A stretch of 63,345 bases of DNA, counting the filler, from Lenisia limosa (taxonomy: Eukaryota > Protista > Breviatea), in assembly GCA_001655205.1 (NCBI GenBank). It is 15 parts of 15 records of this genome, joined end to end, with 100 filler letters (N's around TTAATTAATTAA, not from the genome) between each part and the next. Parts side by side here need not be neighbours in the genome. Positions count along the whole stretch, not along the records: positions 1 to 1,198 come from LPNZ01006678.1; positions 1,299 to 3,533 come from LPNZ01008546.1; positions 3,634 to 5,640 come from LPNZ01000851.1; positions 5,741 to 7,268 come from LPNZ01009151.1; positions 7,369 to 12,243 come from LPNZ01007716.1; positions 12,344 to 14,522 come from LPNZ01009455.1; 9 more parts are not named here. One strand, given 5' to 3'. Below the pieces are notes generated by a model. It had not been told where the DNA came from, searched no databases, and saw only the letters and a program-made list of their open reading frames with translations. A program made the position numbers and the translations under genes. Positions 1-12,459 of this stretch are shown here, piece by piece (within the stretch, counting starts at the first letter, position 1; the number at the start of each line of letters is the position of its first letter).

Positions 1-232
1 GGGGGGGTAGTTGAAAATAGTTGGTGAGAATCTGTTTTATTCATATTTTATTGGAAGAGCTAGCGTTTCACTTCGGATTCAAAAAAGACTGAATGTCTAA
101 TACATCCTCGAAAACTATCGATATTTTCCCGAACCGAAGTGAAGACTTATGAAACATATTCTCAAAAACTATCGATATTTGAATGGCATTTTCCTGACCA
201 AATCCCTAAACAGACCTTGATAATCTCTTCAG

Positions 233-1198
233 ATTCGCCAGTTCTGTCGATGCCCAAACAGCCGAATCAAGGTACGTCACTAATTGTTATATGATAATAG
301 AATTTATTTTTATGATATAAATATTATATTTTCTTTTATGATTATTATTGTTATTTATTTTTGATTATTTTTTTTATTTTGATTAAGAAGTAATCGATCA
401 TATGATATACACACTGACCGTGATAAGTCTTAATACGGATATTGAGCTCTATCTTTAGTCAATAGTCTCTTATCGAAAGTTATTGTACACATAATACACC
501 TAAATGATTATCTGATTGTGCCTTATCTACGGTCCCAAAAAAGACTGAGTTTCTCAAAAAATCTTCGATAATTATGGATATTTTGACTGTCTTTTTCGGA
601 CCATAGATATGCTAATGCTTCCTTGTGGTCCTAAAAAACCAAGATTCGTGGAGAAATCTTTTTTGGGTTCGAAGGGAAACCCTAGGTATGGCATAACGGT
701 CCAGATTCGCCACACTGCCTGCGGACCTGTCACAGCTTTCTCAGCTTACCGAAGACGATTCCGTTCTCGTAGAAGAGCGACCCCAGGTAACAGCCAAAAT
801 CTATATATTTCTTGCCTCAGTTTTCGTTCCCAAAAGGACTTAATCCTCGATAAAACCTCACTACCGATATTTTACCCGACGTATGGGACCGAAAGTGAAG
901 CTCTAGTTGCCAAAATCTACATTTACTAGGGCTTCACCGGTTCAAAAAAGAAAGGTAAAATATTGACAGTTTTCGACGATTTATCGAGAAATTCACACTT
1001 TTTTTTTCGAACCGAAGTAAAGCCCTACTTTTTTTTTTCATAATTTTCCAACCCCGCCACCCACACACACATTATCAACTTTTTGATTTGACTTCCAACT
1101 CCCAACAATTCTACCCCCTTAACCGTTAGGGTGTCGCTGCTGCCCTTGCCAACACGCCGCTGAGAGGTCTGCGGACTTCCACCAGCACCAACTCCCAA
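233..1198 (+). CDS. Internal exons of an unknown protein (233-271, 705-786, 1130-1198)
   Basis: AG/GT-bounded, phase-compatible exons: FASSVDAQTAES-R-FATLPADLSQLSQLTEDDSVLVEERPQ-GVAAALANTPLRGL; no family recognised. Confidence 0.55.
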
Positions 1199-1298
1199 NN
1201 NNNNNNNNNNNNNNNNNNNNNNNNNNNNNNNNNNNNNNNNNNTTAATTAATTAANNNNNNNNNNNNNNNNNNNNNNNNNNNNNNNNNNNNNNNNNNNN
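1199..1298. other. Artificial contig linker (44 N + TTAATTAATTAA + 44 N). The same linker occurs at about 3534, 5641, 7269, 12244, 14523, 15903, 19431, 20805, 22168, 26767, 32673, 59796 and 61764
   Basis: Identical 100-nt structure with a six-frame stop cassette repeated 14 times; gene context changes abruptly at each one. Confidence 0.97.
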
Positions 1299-3517
1299 TT
1301 CTTTGCGGAGAAGACAGCTACGAAACCGTCCCCGTTTTTAAGGGGAAATCTCCAGCGAAAATCAGCCTTCAGAACTGCATTCGAGTAGGCTGTTATATTG
1401 TAATTTTTCTATTCATATAGTAGAAAATATATGATATATAGTGAAAATATATGTAGATGCATCTTCTCCCTTTTTGTAGATGCATCTTCTCTTTTTGTCT
1501 TCCTCTTTTTGACTTTTAAATCTTTTTCTGCTTCTCGAATTAGATTCTGGCTTATGCCCCCTGTGTAGCCAGTAGAGTTGATTTGGGGCGGTTTTTNNNN
1601 NNNNNNNNNNNNNNNNNNNNNNNNNNNNNNNNNNNNNNNNNNNNNNNNNNNNNNNNNNNNNNNNNNNNNNNNNNNNNNNNNNNNNNNNNNNNNNNNNNNN
1701 NNNNNNNNNNNNNNNNNNNNNNNNNNNNNNNNNNTTTCGTTGTTTTTGGAATCTTTTTGGACCCTTTTTTGTTTTTGGAATCTTTTTTTCCGGCCTTTTG
1801 TCTTTTTAACCCCAAAAATTCATTAGGGGACTTTGAACACTCTTTTATTCCCGCATTAATCACTCGAAAAACATTCAATCCAGGACAAAATGTCTATTAT
1901 TCTTTTTCTTCCTTATTAATCGATACACTTGTTCTTAAAATGAATTCACCATTTAAGACATACTCCCTACACTCAATGATTTGCCCTTCATTTAGTGCTC
2001 TTTACTCCTCCATAAATCATGGGAAAGAATATCACCCAATCCAGGCCCTTGACGCCCTTGAAATTGGTGGTAGTACCGCCCTCGGCCCGGCGCTAGCGGT
2101 CAGCATCGGACTCGCCAGGTTCGTGGGTTTGCTGTTTTAAAAATCCTTTTCCCACCACCCTGTCGTTGGAGTTTCAGGTTATTTGGTTGGATTAGTGGCT
2201 TTTCGCCAATATTCTTCATCGAAATGTCCTTCACCCCACCCCCAATGGGATGCGGTGCTGCAGAAGTGACTGGCCTGGGCTTTTTTTTTTGTTGTTGTTT
2301 GGCTTTGTTTGTTTTGTTGTTATTTGTTGTTATCAACCCTCGTGTGTTGTCAGAACAGAGTTATTTTATTTTTTTATTTTTTCAATCAATTTTCCAATTT
2401 TACTCCCTCCTTCACCAAAGGAGTACTTTACCCCCCCCCCCCCNNNNNNNNNNNNNNNNNNNNNNNNNNNNNNNNNNNNNNNNNNNNNNNNNNNNNNNNN
2501 NNNNNNNNNNNNNNNNNNNNNNNNNNNNCAGGCTAATTGCGGGTTTGGCTCCCTCAACAACACGTCTTCGGTAGGATCCCTATGTTGTTTGCTAAAATTG
2601 TATTCTGTGCATTATGAAGGGGGTCTTTTAGTAGATCTCTCAATAAATCCTCGATAAATCCTTTATAAATTCGATATTTTAAATGTCTTTTGGAACCGAA
2701 AGTGATGCTGTACTATTAAGTGATTTTATAAACCTGGGGGCTACAACAACATATCGTATGCTACGAGCGTGTTTATTATATAGAGCAAGAGCAAAAATAC
2801 ATTAAAATCATTAGTGGGGTACTATAATCCAATATCTCTTAAAAGCGTGATGATGTGCTTCGGTCAGACAAACTCGTTTTCTTTCTCATCTCTCATATTG
2901 TGGGTAACGGTTCAGGTAGAAGATTCTTACGCTGATTTGGGAAACATTGCAAATGCGAACAACACCACGGGTATGTGTGGTGGTCCGAGATAATAAGGCT
3001 AAATGGGATCATAGATCACATTTTGTTTCATTTTCACACGTGCGAATTATTATTATCGACGCACGTGATAATTCACCTCAATGATACTCCTTTGATACAC
3101 TCCGGATGAAGCCTCGTATTATTTTCTTTCATCATTTCTACTCTAAAGTCGGCCATATGATCAAATTACCATTAAATACACTGATCGCGATAAGTCATGA
3201 CAAGTTATTTCTTTTGTCAATCGTGTCAGGACTTATCGCGGTTACTGTCTGGGCACCATATATTTATTGAACCCAGAGGCAGATATATCAATCACCTGCC
3301 GAACAATACCACCCAATATCTAGGTAGTTTACCTACATATCATATACAACTATCTGATATGAACACAAGAAATAGTCAGAGTTGTCGCATTGTACCAATA
3401 ATATGAGGCGAAAATTGTTGTGTTTGCCAAGATTTTATTCAATGTATTTCATCACACTATGCAGTCTCCATTTTGGGTATCGGCAGCGAGGAAGTCGGCC
3501 TCAGCGTTATCGGGAAA
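1299..3517 (+). CDS. vWA / Sec23-Sec24 trunk-domain protein resembling circularly permuted Ras protein (CPRAS), partial
   Basis: Exons 2045-2118 ALDALEIGGSTALGPALAVSIGLA, 2532-2570 ANCGFGSLNNTSS, 2916-2970 VEDSYADLGNIANANNTT and 3465-3517 VSILGIGSEEVGLSVIGK follow the TALGPA...TDGxANxGxGSL...VSVISI order recalled for this family; intervening exon falls in an N gap. Confidence 0.7.
2244..2412 (+). repeat. Repeat family B (representative copy). Consensus ...GATGGGATGCGGTGCTRCAGAAGCGACTGGCCTGGGCTTTG...TCAACCCTCGTGTGTTGTCAGCCAACAGAGTTGATTTGGGCTTTTTTTGTTTCATAAATTTTCCAATTTTACTCCCC
   Basis: More than 20 full or partial copies seen by eye, e.g. 1561, 6395, 7937, 8620, 8772, 8840, 10188, 16789, 17006, 21100, 21775, 28406, 29640, 30127, 31170, 34660, 36183, 38238, 38390, 39032, 45444, 47030. 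Confidence 0.9.
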
Positions 3518-3704
3518 GTGGGGGGGGGGGGGGNNNNNNNNNNNNNNNNNNNNNNNNNNNNNNNNNNNNNNNNNNNNTTAATTAATTAANNNNNNNNNNN
3601 NNNNNNNNNNNNNNNNNNNNNNNNNNNNNNNNNAAAGAAAAGGAAAGAAAATTACCTAACAAATAAGTCTTGCATATTATAATCCACATTTATCATCTTT
3701 TCAG

Positions 3705-4411
3705 GAGAAATCCACATTCGAGGCCCTGCCCTCTCAATGGAATATCGAGACTCGCCCACTGCTGGGTTTGCTTTGGAATTATCCTTATTTTAAAACATCA
3801 AATTTTTTGTTACTTTTCCAACAATGTCTTGATATAATTGATTGCACAGAAACCTAATGCCTCATTCATTCTTTTTCATTTCTCATTCTACTTCGCTACC
3901 CCCTCCCTCATTTTATCCCACCTCCGTCAACTTCAGTCCGCAACCACTTACCATATTAGGCAAGTCCTCTACCATGACCAGTGGTTTGCTACCGGCGACA
4001 TTGGCGAGTTCCGTCCCGACGGTTCTTTGGCCATTATCGATATTGCACCGCCGAATTTCGAAATTGACGAAGACCCTTGTGTCATCACAGACTATCAGGG
4101 TGGGGTCTGAATTTTTCTTTTGGAACAAGAAATACTTCACATTGACAATCGAGGGAAACAAATAATACATAGGGATTCCATAAAACACAATTAACATACT
4201 CTCGCGCCCACGCTTCTGTGCGCCCTCCTACTAAGGGTGGTGAGATGCATTGAGATTTTATTTTACTGGTTTCAAAATAGACCTGATTTTTCAAATGATG
4301 ATGATGACGATTGATGGTAATAATGCTGATGATGCCGAAATTCACTTTCCAGGTCGTGAAAACGAACTGGCGTCATTGGGGGTTCCCACCAGCCATCTTA
4401 AGCAGCAGTAA
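3705..4411 (+). CDS. 3' exons of an AMP-binding (acyl-CoA synthetase-like) protein with an atypical C-terminus
   Basis: GEIHIRGPALSMEY (3705-3765) and DQWFATGDIGEFRPDGSLAIID (3960-4099) are ANL-superfamily motifs; last exon 4353-4411 ends in TAA. Confidence 0.7.
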
Positions 4412-5323
4412 TGTAGGTCTTTTATCAGTGTACCATAGGTTTGAAATGTATTCTCGTATGTCTTCTTTCTTTCTTGGTCCCTAATAGGACTTAATTTGAT
4501 TGTGAAGTTTTAAGGTCTGAAATGGCGTTAACAGGATGCTAACATATTTAAGAACAATTTCTCATTATTGCATGGAGCAAACGCAATTGAAACCAATCAT
4601 AGAGATTCGGATAGCGCAAATTGGCCTACACTAAGTTGACTTGGATGGAATTCTTATGGTTATGACTCCCACACACATGGGAACCTCGATGCCGTCGAAG
4701 AGTTCAAAGTGGACTCCTCCTCATATAGAAATACCACTTTTCCCCGAAAAATTGATAAAGCCTCGAGTCAATTTTCAAGAAATCATTCTGAATCGGAGTG
4801 AAGTGGTATAAACGGGTGTAGAATTTATGAAATCAAAACACACTGCAGATGATAACATATATGGATATCAGCAACAATGATGATCATGATGGTGATTCAT
4901 AATGATTAACATTCCCTCTAGATTTGGGTCATAATGACTTTCGGATTCAGAGTTGCATCTGCCTAAAGCTCAACGAAGGAAATATCGTACATTTACATCA
5001 CACATGCAGAAACATTAAATAAGGAAACAGTTAAGATAATATACCATTTGCCAAATAGGAAGCAAAAACAACCTGGAAAATTAGTCATCTCTTGTATCTG
5101 TTTCAAAAACAGCAAAAGCCCGCACTACCCTAATATCTGTCATTTTATCCATCCCCCTAGAGGCCAAAGCCGTCAACCATCACACAATAAGAGATATTGG
5201 ATTATAGAACAATAATCTCAGCAGCAATTTGATCCCGACAACCGTAACACCCACACAACCCCAAAACCGCCCAACTCATAAACAAGTACCACCACCCAAT
5301 AAAGGCACACTTTTCTTGGTCGA

Positions 5324-5629
5324 TTATAGGAAAGGAACAGGAGACATTGAGTCGTTGATGAGTTGCGACTGAGAAATAAGGGGAGCAAAAATGAAAAAGG
5401 ATGAAATAAATAAAAAAAGCAACTCGTTTGACTCATTATTTGAGAAACACGGGTGAAATGAGAGTAAAGAGAGAGGCGAGGAGACTCTTTTAGCCTACCT
5501 GGCTACTCTGCTCAGTGTTCTGCAGAGGAGTCAGCGAAATTATCGGTTCCGCGAAGGAGTCTGCCTCGTTTTGGCCGGGCTGTGTGGGAACTGGCAACCG
5601 ACGGCAGTATTCGTGCAGTCTTGAACTGG
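5324..5629 (-). CDS. Last two exons of an unknown protein
   Basis: Poly-C acceptor then SRLHEYCRRLPVPTQPGQNEADSFAEPIISLTPLQ..., GT donor, then SQLINDSMSPVPFL*. Confidence 0.5.
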
Positions 5630-5740
5630 GGGGGGGGGGGNNNNNNNNNNNNNNNNNNNNNNNNNNNNNNNNNNNNNNNNNNNNTTAATTAATTAANNNN
5701 NNNNNNNNNNNNNNNNNNNNNNNNNNNNNNNNNNNNNNNN

Positions 5741-5978
5741 AGTCGGGAGTTCATACGGTCCATAATGTGCAGAAGGGGGCCGAAGATGAGACGACGTTCC
5801 TAAATAATTAGGGGGAATTCAAAGAAATCCTCTAAAACCATCATCCCCTTCACCTTAATTGAAGAGTTCTTTCTCCAGTCGCTGAGAGCACGCCACTTGC
5901 TCACAAGCTGAACCACAAACGGCATGTACCTAAGGCGGTCAAACATTCACAATGGTGGTGGTGATGATGATAATGATA

Positions 5979-6029
<51 letters not shown>

Positions 6030-7177
6030 ATGGAGATGGAGAACAAAAACAATAAACACCTACAACAAGATGAAGAACAAGAAGAACAAGAAGAACAATA
6101 TCAACAATAACGAAAAGAAGAAGAAGGAGAAGAAAAAGAAGAACAACAACAACAATATCAATAACGAAAAGAAGATGAAGAATAAAAAGAAGATGATGAA
6201 CTGACATTGAGGCGAGACGAGAGCGTTTGGTGGAGGTGTCTCCCATCAGATCATGCTTCAATACGTGCTCAGCGNNNNNNNNNNNNNNNNNNNNNNNNNN
6301 NNNNNNNNNNNNNNNNNNNNNNNNNNNNNNNNNNNNNNNNNNNNNNNNNNNNNNNNNNNNNNNNNNNNNNNNNNNNNNNNNNNNNNNNAAGGAGCTGGGG
6401 GGGGGGGTAAAATTAGAAATAAAAAAGGCCCAATTCAACTCTGTTGGCTGACAACACGAGGGTTGAGAACAAAAAAAAGCCTTCTGTAGCACTCCAGCGC
6501 AAAACAAAAATAGAAAAATTGGAAAACTACCCGCACCCCCTTACAGGAAGTCTCACAGAAACCTCGGGGAAATGCAGAGCAGCGAGTACGTTCTTGATTA
6601 GAACCGACAGGGGGAAATGCATGTACCACATTGAGTCCTGGGGGGGGGGGTAAAATNNNNNNNNNNNNNNNNNNNNNNNNNNNNNNNNNNNNNNNNNNNN
6701 NNNNNNNNNNNNNNNNNNNNNNNNNNNNNNNNNNNNNNNNNNNNNNNNNNNNNNNNNNNNNNNNNNNNNNNNNNNNNNNNNNNNNNNNNNNNNNNNNNNN
6801 NNNNNNGAAAATTTGGAACAAATAAGCACAAATCAACAGTAAAACGAAGATAATTTCGATGAATAATATTGGCGTAAAGGTACTAATCACGAACCAAATA
6901 ATCTGAAACTAAACAAACAAAAAAAACAAGCAATGAGCAACCAACGCTTAAACTAGACAAAAGCCAGATGACAAAAACACAAAAACAAATGAAACTCAAT
7001 AAACATGGGGGGATTGGTTGTATCTGGCCGAAGCCTTAAGATATTTTGAAGAGACTTTACTGCAAAAAAAAAGCCTACGGAGAGGTCATCAATAGTGTCA
7101 ATGTTGTAGGAAACAGGCAGGTTGAGGGTGGTGAAGAAGGGGTCGTCTGCAACCACGTCCAGCCATGTGGTGCGCCA
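5741..7177 (-). CDS. Internal exons of an unknown protein
   Basis: AG/GT-bounded exons WRTTWLDVVADDPFFTTLNLPVSYNIDTIDDLS, DSMWYMHFPLSVLIKNVLAALHFPE, AEHVLKHDLMGDTSTKRS, YMPFVVQLVSKWRALSDWRK, ERRLIFGPLLHIMDRM. Confidence 0.6.
5955..6198. repeat. Intronic (GAT)n / (GAA,CAA)n microsatellite
   Basis: Direct reading of trinucleotide runs between minus-strand exons. Confidence 0.9.
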
Positions 7178-8270
7178 CTAGGGGGGGGGGGTGAAATACT
7201 GTTTTTGAAATAATAGACAAAAGAGAGAAGGCAGAGTAAAACGAAGAAAATTACCATAACACTTCGATNNNNNNNNNNNNNNNNNNNNNNNNNNNNNNNN
7301 NNNNNNNNNNNNTTAATTAATTAANNNNNNNNNNNNNNNNNNNNNNNNNNNNNNNNNNNNNNNNNNNNACAAGGGAGGAGGGGGGGTCATGAGGATCTTC
7401 ATAGATATAGTGATGAGTGATGTATATATAGTGGGTCGGTGTTAGATGAAAGGGGTTGTGAAGAAGAAATGTGTCATCAAGCTGAATCATTATTCCCTAC
7501 GTTGCCAACTGGTTAAAGTTCCAGAAACAATCAATGAAATCCGAACTCTTGCTATTGTATCAAATTTTACTAGCTTGTACTAGAATTGTGCCAAGATTTT
7601 GGTCAGTATGATAACCATGACTTCTGTTATGTATTANNNNNNNNNNNNNNNNNNNNNNNNNNNNNNNNNNNNNNNNNNNNNNNNNNNNNNNNNNNNNNNN
7701 NNNNNNNNNNNNNNNNNNNNNNNNNNNNNNNNNNNNNNNNNNNNNNNNNNNNNNNNNNNNNNNNNNNNNNNNNNNACACACACACACCTCCTCGTAGAAT
7801 GTTGCTTCACATTTTTTAGAATACTTACACCTTTCGTCGTTGAAACGCGGCCTTTTTCCGTAGCAAACAGTGGGGGGTGTTTTGTATGCATTTAGGAATG
7901 TCCCCCACCTCCTCAATCATTGTTTGTTTTGTTGTTAGTGGAGATCAGGTTTAAACTAAAATAGCTCTACTATTTACATCTATTGTTTTAAAAAGTACGC
8001 TAGAGTGTTGGGATGCGGGGCTGCAGAATGTTTGTTTTGTTGTTATCAACCCTCGTGTNNNNNNNNNNNNNNNNNNNNNNNNNNNNNNNNNNNNNNNNNN
8101 NNNNNNNNNNNNNNNNNNNNNNNNNNNNNNNNNNNNNNNNNNNNNNNNNNNNNNNNNNNNNNNNNNNNNNNNNNNNNNNNNNNNNNNNNNNNNNNNNNNN
8201 NNNNGCATTTAAGTTGCCAGCCATGGACACCCCTTGTTGTCTTTGAAAGGTTGGCCTGTCAGGGTACGAG

Positions 8271-8368
8271 TAGGGTCTCACTTCGGTTCGAAAAAGTCCA
8301 GTAAATATCGATAGTTTTCGAGGATTTATCGAGAAATTCAATCTTTTTTCGAACCAAGTGAAGCCCAA
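8271..8368. mobile_element. MITE family A (~100 bp, TIR TAGGGCTTCACTTCGGTTCGAAAAA), representative copy
   Basis: Inverted termini read directly; other copies at about 61, 520, 817, 927, 2625, 9384, 9727, 10829, 11978, 21676, 21975, 26020, 27808, 29911, 31880, 51119. Confidence 0.85.
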
Positions 8369-8417
8369 GGTGTGAGGGTTATTTATATCCACTAGTGAAA
8401 GGTTGTAATTTCACAGG

Positions 8418-10327
8418 ACTTTCACGGTACCTTACAACCGCTATTGAAAGCACCGGAACTATTCCGAATGCAGAAGAGATCCTCGAAGCCGGTCAGCCAG
8501 AAAAGTGCGGCNNNNNNNNNNNNNNNNNNNNNNNNNNNNNNNNNNNNNNNNNNNNNNNNNNNNNNNNNNNNNNNNNNNNNNNNNNNNNNNNNNNNNNNNN
8601 NNNNNNNNNNNNNNNNNNCTGACAACACAAGGTTAATAACAACAAAACATCAAAGCCCAGGCCAGTCGCTTCTGTAGCACCGCATCCCATCACTCTAGCG
8701 TACTTTTTAAAACAATATTCAGAGTGGGGCTATTTTAGTTTCAACCAAATCTCCACTGTCACTAATATCTCAGATTTTGGGCCTTTTTTATTTCATAAAT
8801 TTCCTTCGTTTTACTCCTCCTCCCCTCCCTCTTCATAGCTCTCACCCTCAGCCAACAGAGTAGATTTTGGGCTTTTTTATTTTTCATAAATTTCCTTGAT
8901 TTTACCCCCCCCCCCTCTATATAATTCACACCCCCAGTATCCGGGAAGAAGACAAGCTGTGGATGATGTTCACGTGCTCAAAATGTGACCACAGAAGCAT
9001 CAAGAGTATTTCGAAATACGCCTATCACAATGGTGTTGTTTTGATAGAGTGGGGAGGGGAGCATTTGGAAAAACACCTCTCTGAATGATTTCCTAATTCA
9101 ATAGGATATAATACAGAGAAATTCATTTGGGACTTTAGGGAGTAACGGCTAATATGAAATGCAAGCAATGTCTCACTTTCAAAAACTTATATGTCACAAC
9201 ATTTCGATATACTATTAGATATTATATAGTATCTATTAAATTTGATAAAGGTGATACCTCAAGCCTTAGTTTCATCAAAAGTTGATTTTTCAGGTGTGAA
9301 GGGTGCCAAAACCGCCATTTGATAGCCGATAACCTTGGTAGGTGAAAGGGGGTAATTACTGGTGAAAAAACTAAAGTTGAAAGTAGGGCTTCACTTTGTT
9401 TCAAAAAGAACTGTAAATTATCAATAGTTTTCGAAGTTGAAAGTGGTAAACACTAGTAGGCTTTACTCCATATTCTTATTTTACTCATATTTTTCTCTAA
9501 TTAACAGGCTGGTTTGGCGAAAAGACAAACATCGAGCAAATTATGAAGGAAAAGGTATGAGTGTGGTCAAAGAGAACGGAATCCTCCAGAATCCAAATTC
9601 AACCATCATTCAAAGCTATTATACACCCTGTTTTCAATTTATCTCTACAAACATTGTCAAGACTGATTTGGTCCATCATTTGAAACAAATTCATTCGTTT
9701 TGACCATTTCATAATTTACATACACCTAGGGCTTCACCTCGGTTCAAAAAATACCGGCAAAATATCGATAGTTTTCGCGGATTTATCGAAAAATTCAGTC
9801 TTTTTTCAAACCGAAGTGGAACTCTACCCCCCCCCCCNNNNNNNNNNNNNNNNNNNNNNNNNNNNNNNNNNNNNNNNNNNNNNNNNNNNNNNNNNNNNNN
9901 NNNNGTAGACTAGACATACTATATTCAGCCAGATACAATCTTATTTTTTTTTCTCATTGCTAAATACACTGTGTATATTAGGACACTGTGCAATTCATTT
10001 TTAAACAAATTAATTGACAAAATTTGAAATAAAGTGTCTGAAATACAATATGGCCCAGATACAACCTTGTTTTTTTGTATATACTATCAATATGATTGTC
10101 TGATATTATCTAAAAACAGATGTTATTTCAGCTTTCTACCTCCCCCTATTCTCGAACTTTTTATATCAATAAATTTTATATTCTCATCCTGTGTGCTGTC
10201 AGCCAACATACAGTAGTTGATTTGGGATTTTTGGTTTCATAGATTTTCCAGTTTTACTCTCTCCTAGGGTGAAACGGTTAAGACTGAATTTGAGGTGAAC
10301 GTCCAATCCGTTGATCCGAAAATATGA
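8418..10327 (+). CDS. ZIM17: Mitochondrial DNL-type zinc-finger chaperone (Zim17/Hep1/DNLZ); probable further upstream exons at about 7500-8265
   Basis: Spliced MMFTCSKCDHRSIKSISKYAYHNGVVLI-CEGCQNRHLIADNLG-WFGEKTNIEQIMKEK-GETVKTEFEV...*; two CxxC pairs and HLIADNLGWF signature. Confidence 0.92.
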
Positions 10328-11640
10328 CACCATACGCTGTTCAAGCCCAAGTAAGACTTTTTCACATTCATATTGGGTCTCCATGCAAATAATTGTTCAA
10401 TTTGAAATAAAAGTGTCTGAGATGGGGTTTTGTTACAAATATGCCCCACTTGAATTTGAAATTAATATTTTCACATCGCATCCCTAATATTGATACAGAC
10501 AGTGACCGGGATAAGTCTTGAACCGATTTGCTCTATGATTTCGCAAGAATAATATGTCAGGACTTAACACTAAAAATCAGATTTTTTGATATCATGTCGA
10601 ATAATACAATACTTTAACCCATGGATAATATTCTACTCTCATCATCTGTCAAGTGTGATGGTGTGGACTGCATCGGCAGGACAACCTTGTTTACATTTCG
10701 ATCTCTTTTTAGCTACATGCATATATCACATACACAAACTATGTCGATGATATAATATGGTTTATATATATGCAAGTCGGAAGGTGGGTAGGGGGAAGGA
10801 ATGTGATCTGTTTGAATGGTTATGACGAGGGCTTCCCTTCGGTCCGAAAAAGAACGATAGAGTATCGATATTTATCAAGGATTTTCTGAGAAATTCAGTT
10901 TTTTGGACAGCTGAGAGCTCTTGTTATGATATAATACGCACTTATTAAAATATGCGTGATGCATCATTTGTCGGTCTACTATCAAGGGAATTCGACCTAT
11001 CCAATTACAACCTGGAACAATAGGGTACACGTATGAACATGAACAGAATAAAGATATTATAAATTGCTTATTATTGTCCCAGGATTTTGCTTTTTCACGC
11101 ACCTCTCCTTTGTCCAAATTGCAGATGATGTCGTGGAGTGGAATAGGCTCTTTTTTTTATTATGGTTTTTAATGGATTTTTCTTTATTTCGCTCGAGAGT
11201 TTTACTTTTGTTCAAATAGTCTGGTTTGCGTTTGCGTATGTTCGCGGGTTGGAAGGTAACAAACAAACAAATCGAGGGGAGGCAGACTGGTAGTGAACGC
11301 AAAATAGCCCTCTCAACTCACTGTCGAAGGACAAAAAAAATGCCTCCTCCGTGACTTGAATTGAAACTTGTTTCAGACCACAGTATTTAATATTTGAGTA
11401 AATGAGTGGCCCGGTCCCGGGGTGCCTCCAAAAAAATTGAAAAATTACAAATCCGCAGGTTGTTGTTTATGTTAGCTGGTGTGTTCGTCCGCTTGACTTC
11501 CCAACCTCCAGCACTACTCCAAGAACTTGCCTAGAGCCTCCCGTCAACACACACCACTACCCTTGCCACTACCTACCCATATCAGCTGACTGTTTTATGT
11601 GTCGAACTTACCTAGTTAATTGCCAATTTACCCCATCAGC

Positions 11641-12243
11641 ACAACTGGAAGCCCCTTCACAAAGCTGCTACTGGAAGACATACGGACTGTTGTCGGCTTT
11701 TGATTGAGGCTGGGGCACAAGTAGATTTTCAATTAAATAAATAACCGCCGAACATGCACAATTGGCGAAACATACACAACTGACGTTCTGACATTTGTCC
11801 GCCGGAGAATTGTGATTGATGGCACGCGATCTTTTGTTACATTTGTAACTTTTGCAGGAAATTTTCGCGTTTTTTTTTTTCTTTTTTGTTTCTTAGCGTA
11901 GCGGTGTGGTCTGCTTTCGCGGTTTATCAAGGTTGCCTCTGGTTCGTCCAGAGGGGTTTCGTGATTGGAATTGGAACTTGGGCTTCAATTCGGTTAGAAA
12001 ACCCCCGGGAAAATATCGATAGTTTTCGAGGATTTATCGACAAATTCAGTCTTTTTTCGAACCGAAGTGAAGAACTATATTCACCAGCTACATACCAAGA
12101 AAAACACAAAAACATAATTTTTTAAAAAACAATAACCATTATACCCTCGAGTCTTCACCCTCAGATAAACTCTCCGGGGCTGCAGATAAACTCTCGGGGG
12201 CTGCAGAAAGAGAGCTGTTGGTTGAAAGCGAGCGGGATCGTCT
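11641..12243 (+). CDS. Ankyrin-repeat protein fragment
   Basis: HNWKPLHKAATGRHTDCCRLLIEAGAQ matches the ankyrin consensus; later exon DKLSGAADKLSGAAERELLVESERDR. Confidence 0.65.
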
Positions 12244-12459
12244 NNNNNNNNNNNNNNNNNNNNNNNNNNNNNNNNNNNNNNNNNNNNTTAATTAATTAAN
12301 NNNNNNNNNNNNNNNNNNNNNNNNNNNNNNNNNNNNNNNNNNNTTGGGATTCTCAGAACCTCAGTTCCTGATGTTCCTTTCCCGTCAAAAGTATGTTCAC
12401 ATTTTTACAAACACTTATTGTTCATCCTCTTTTGTCTGAAGTTGTCTTTGATCAGAAGG

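Noticed and set aside
2244-2412. Family B as a tRNA-derived SINE, snoRNA or Helitron
   Set aside because: No A/B boxes, cloverleaf, paired C/D boxes or 3' hairpin followed by CTRR|T could be identified by eye
5947-6507. 186-aa ORF with hydrophobic and poly-Ser tracts
   Set aside because: Read-through of an N gap and an intronic microsatellite
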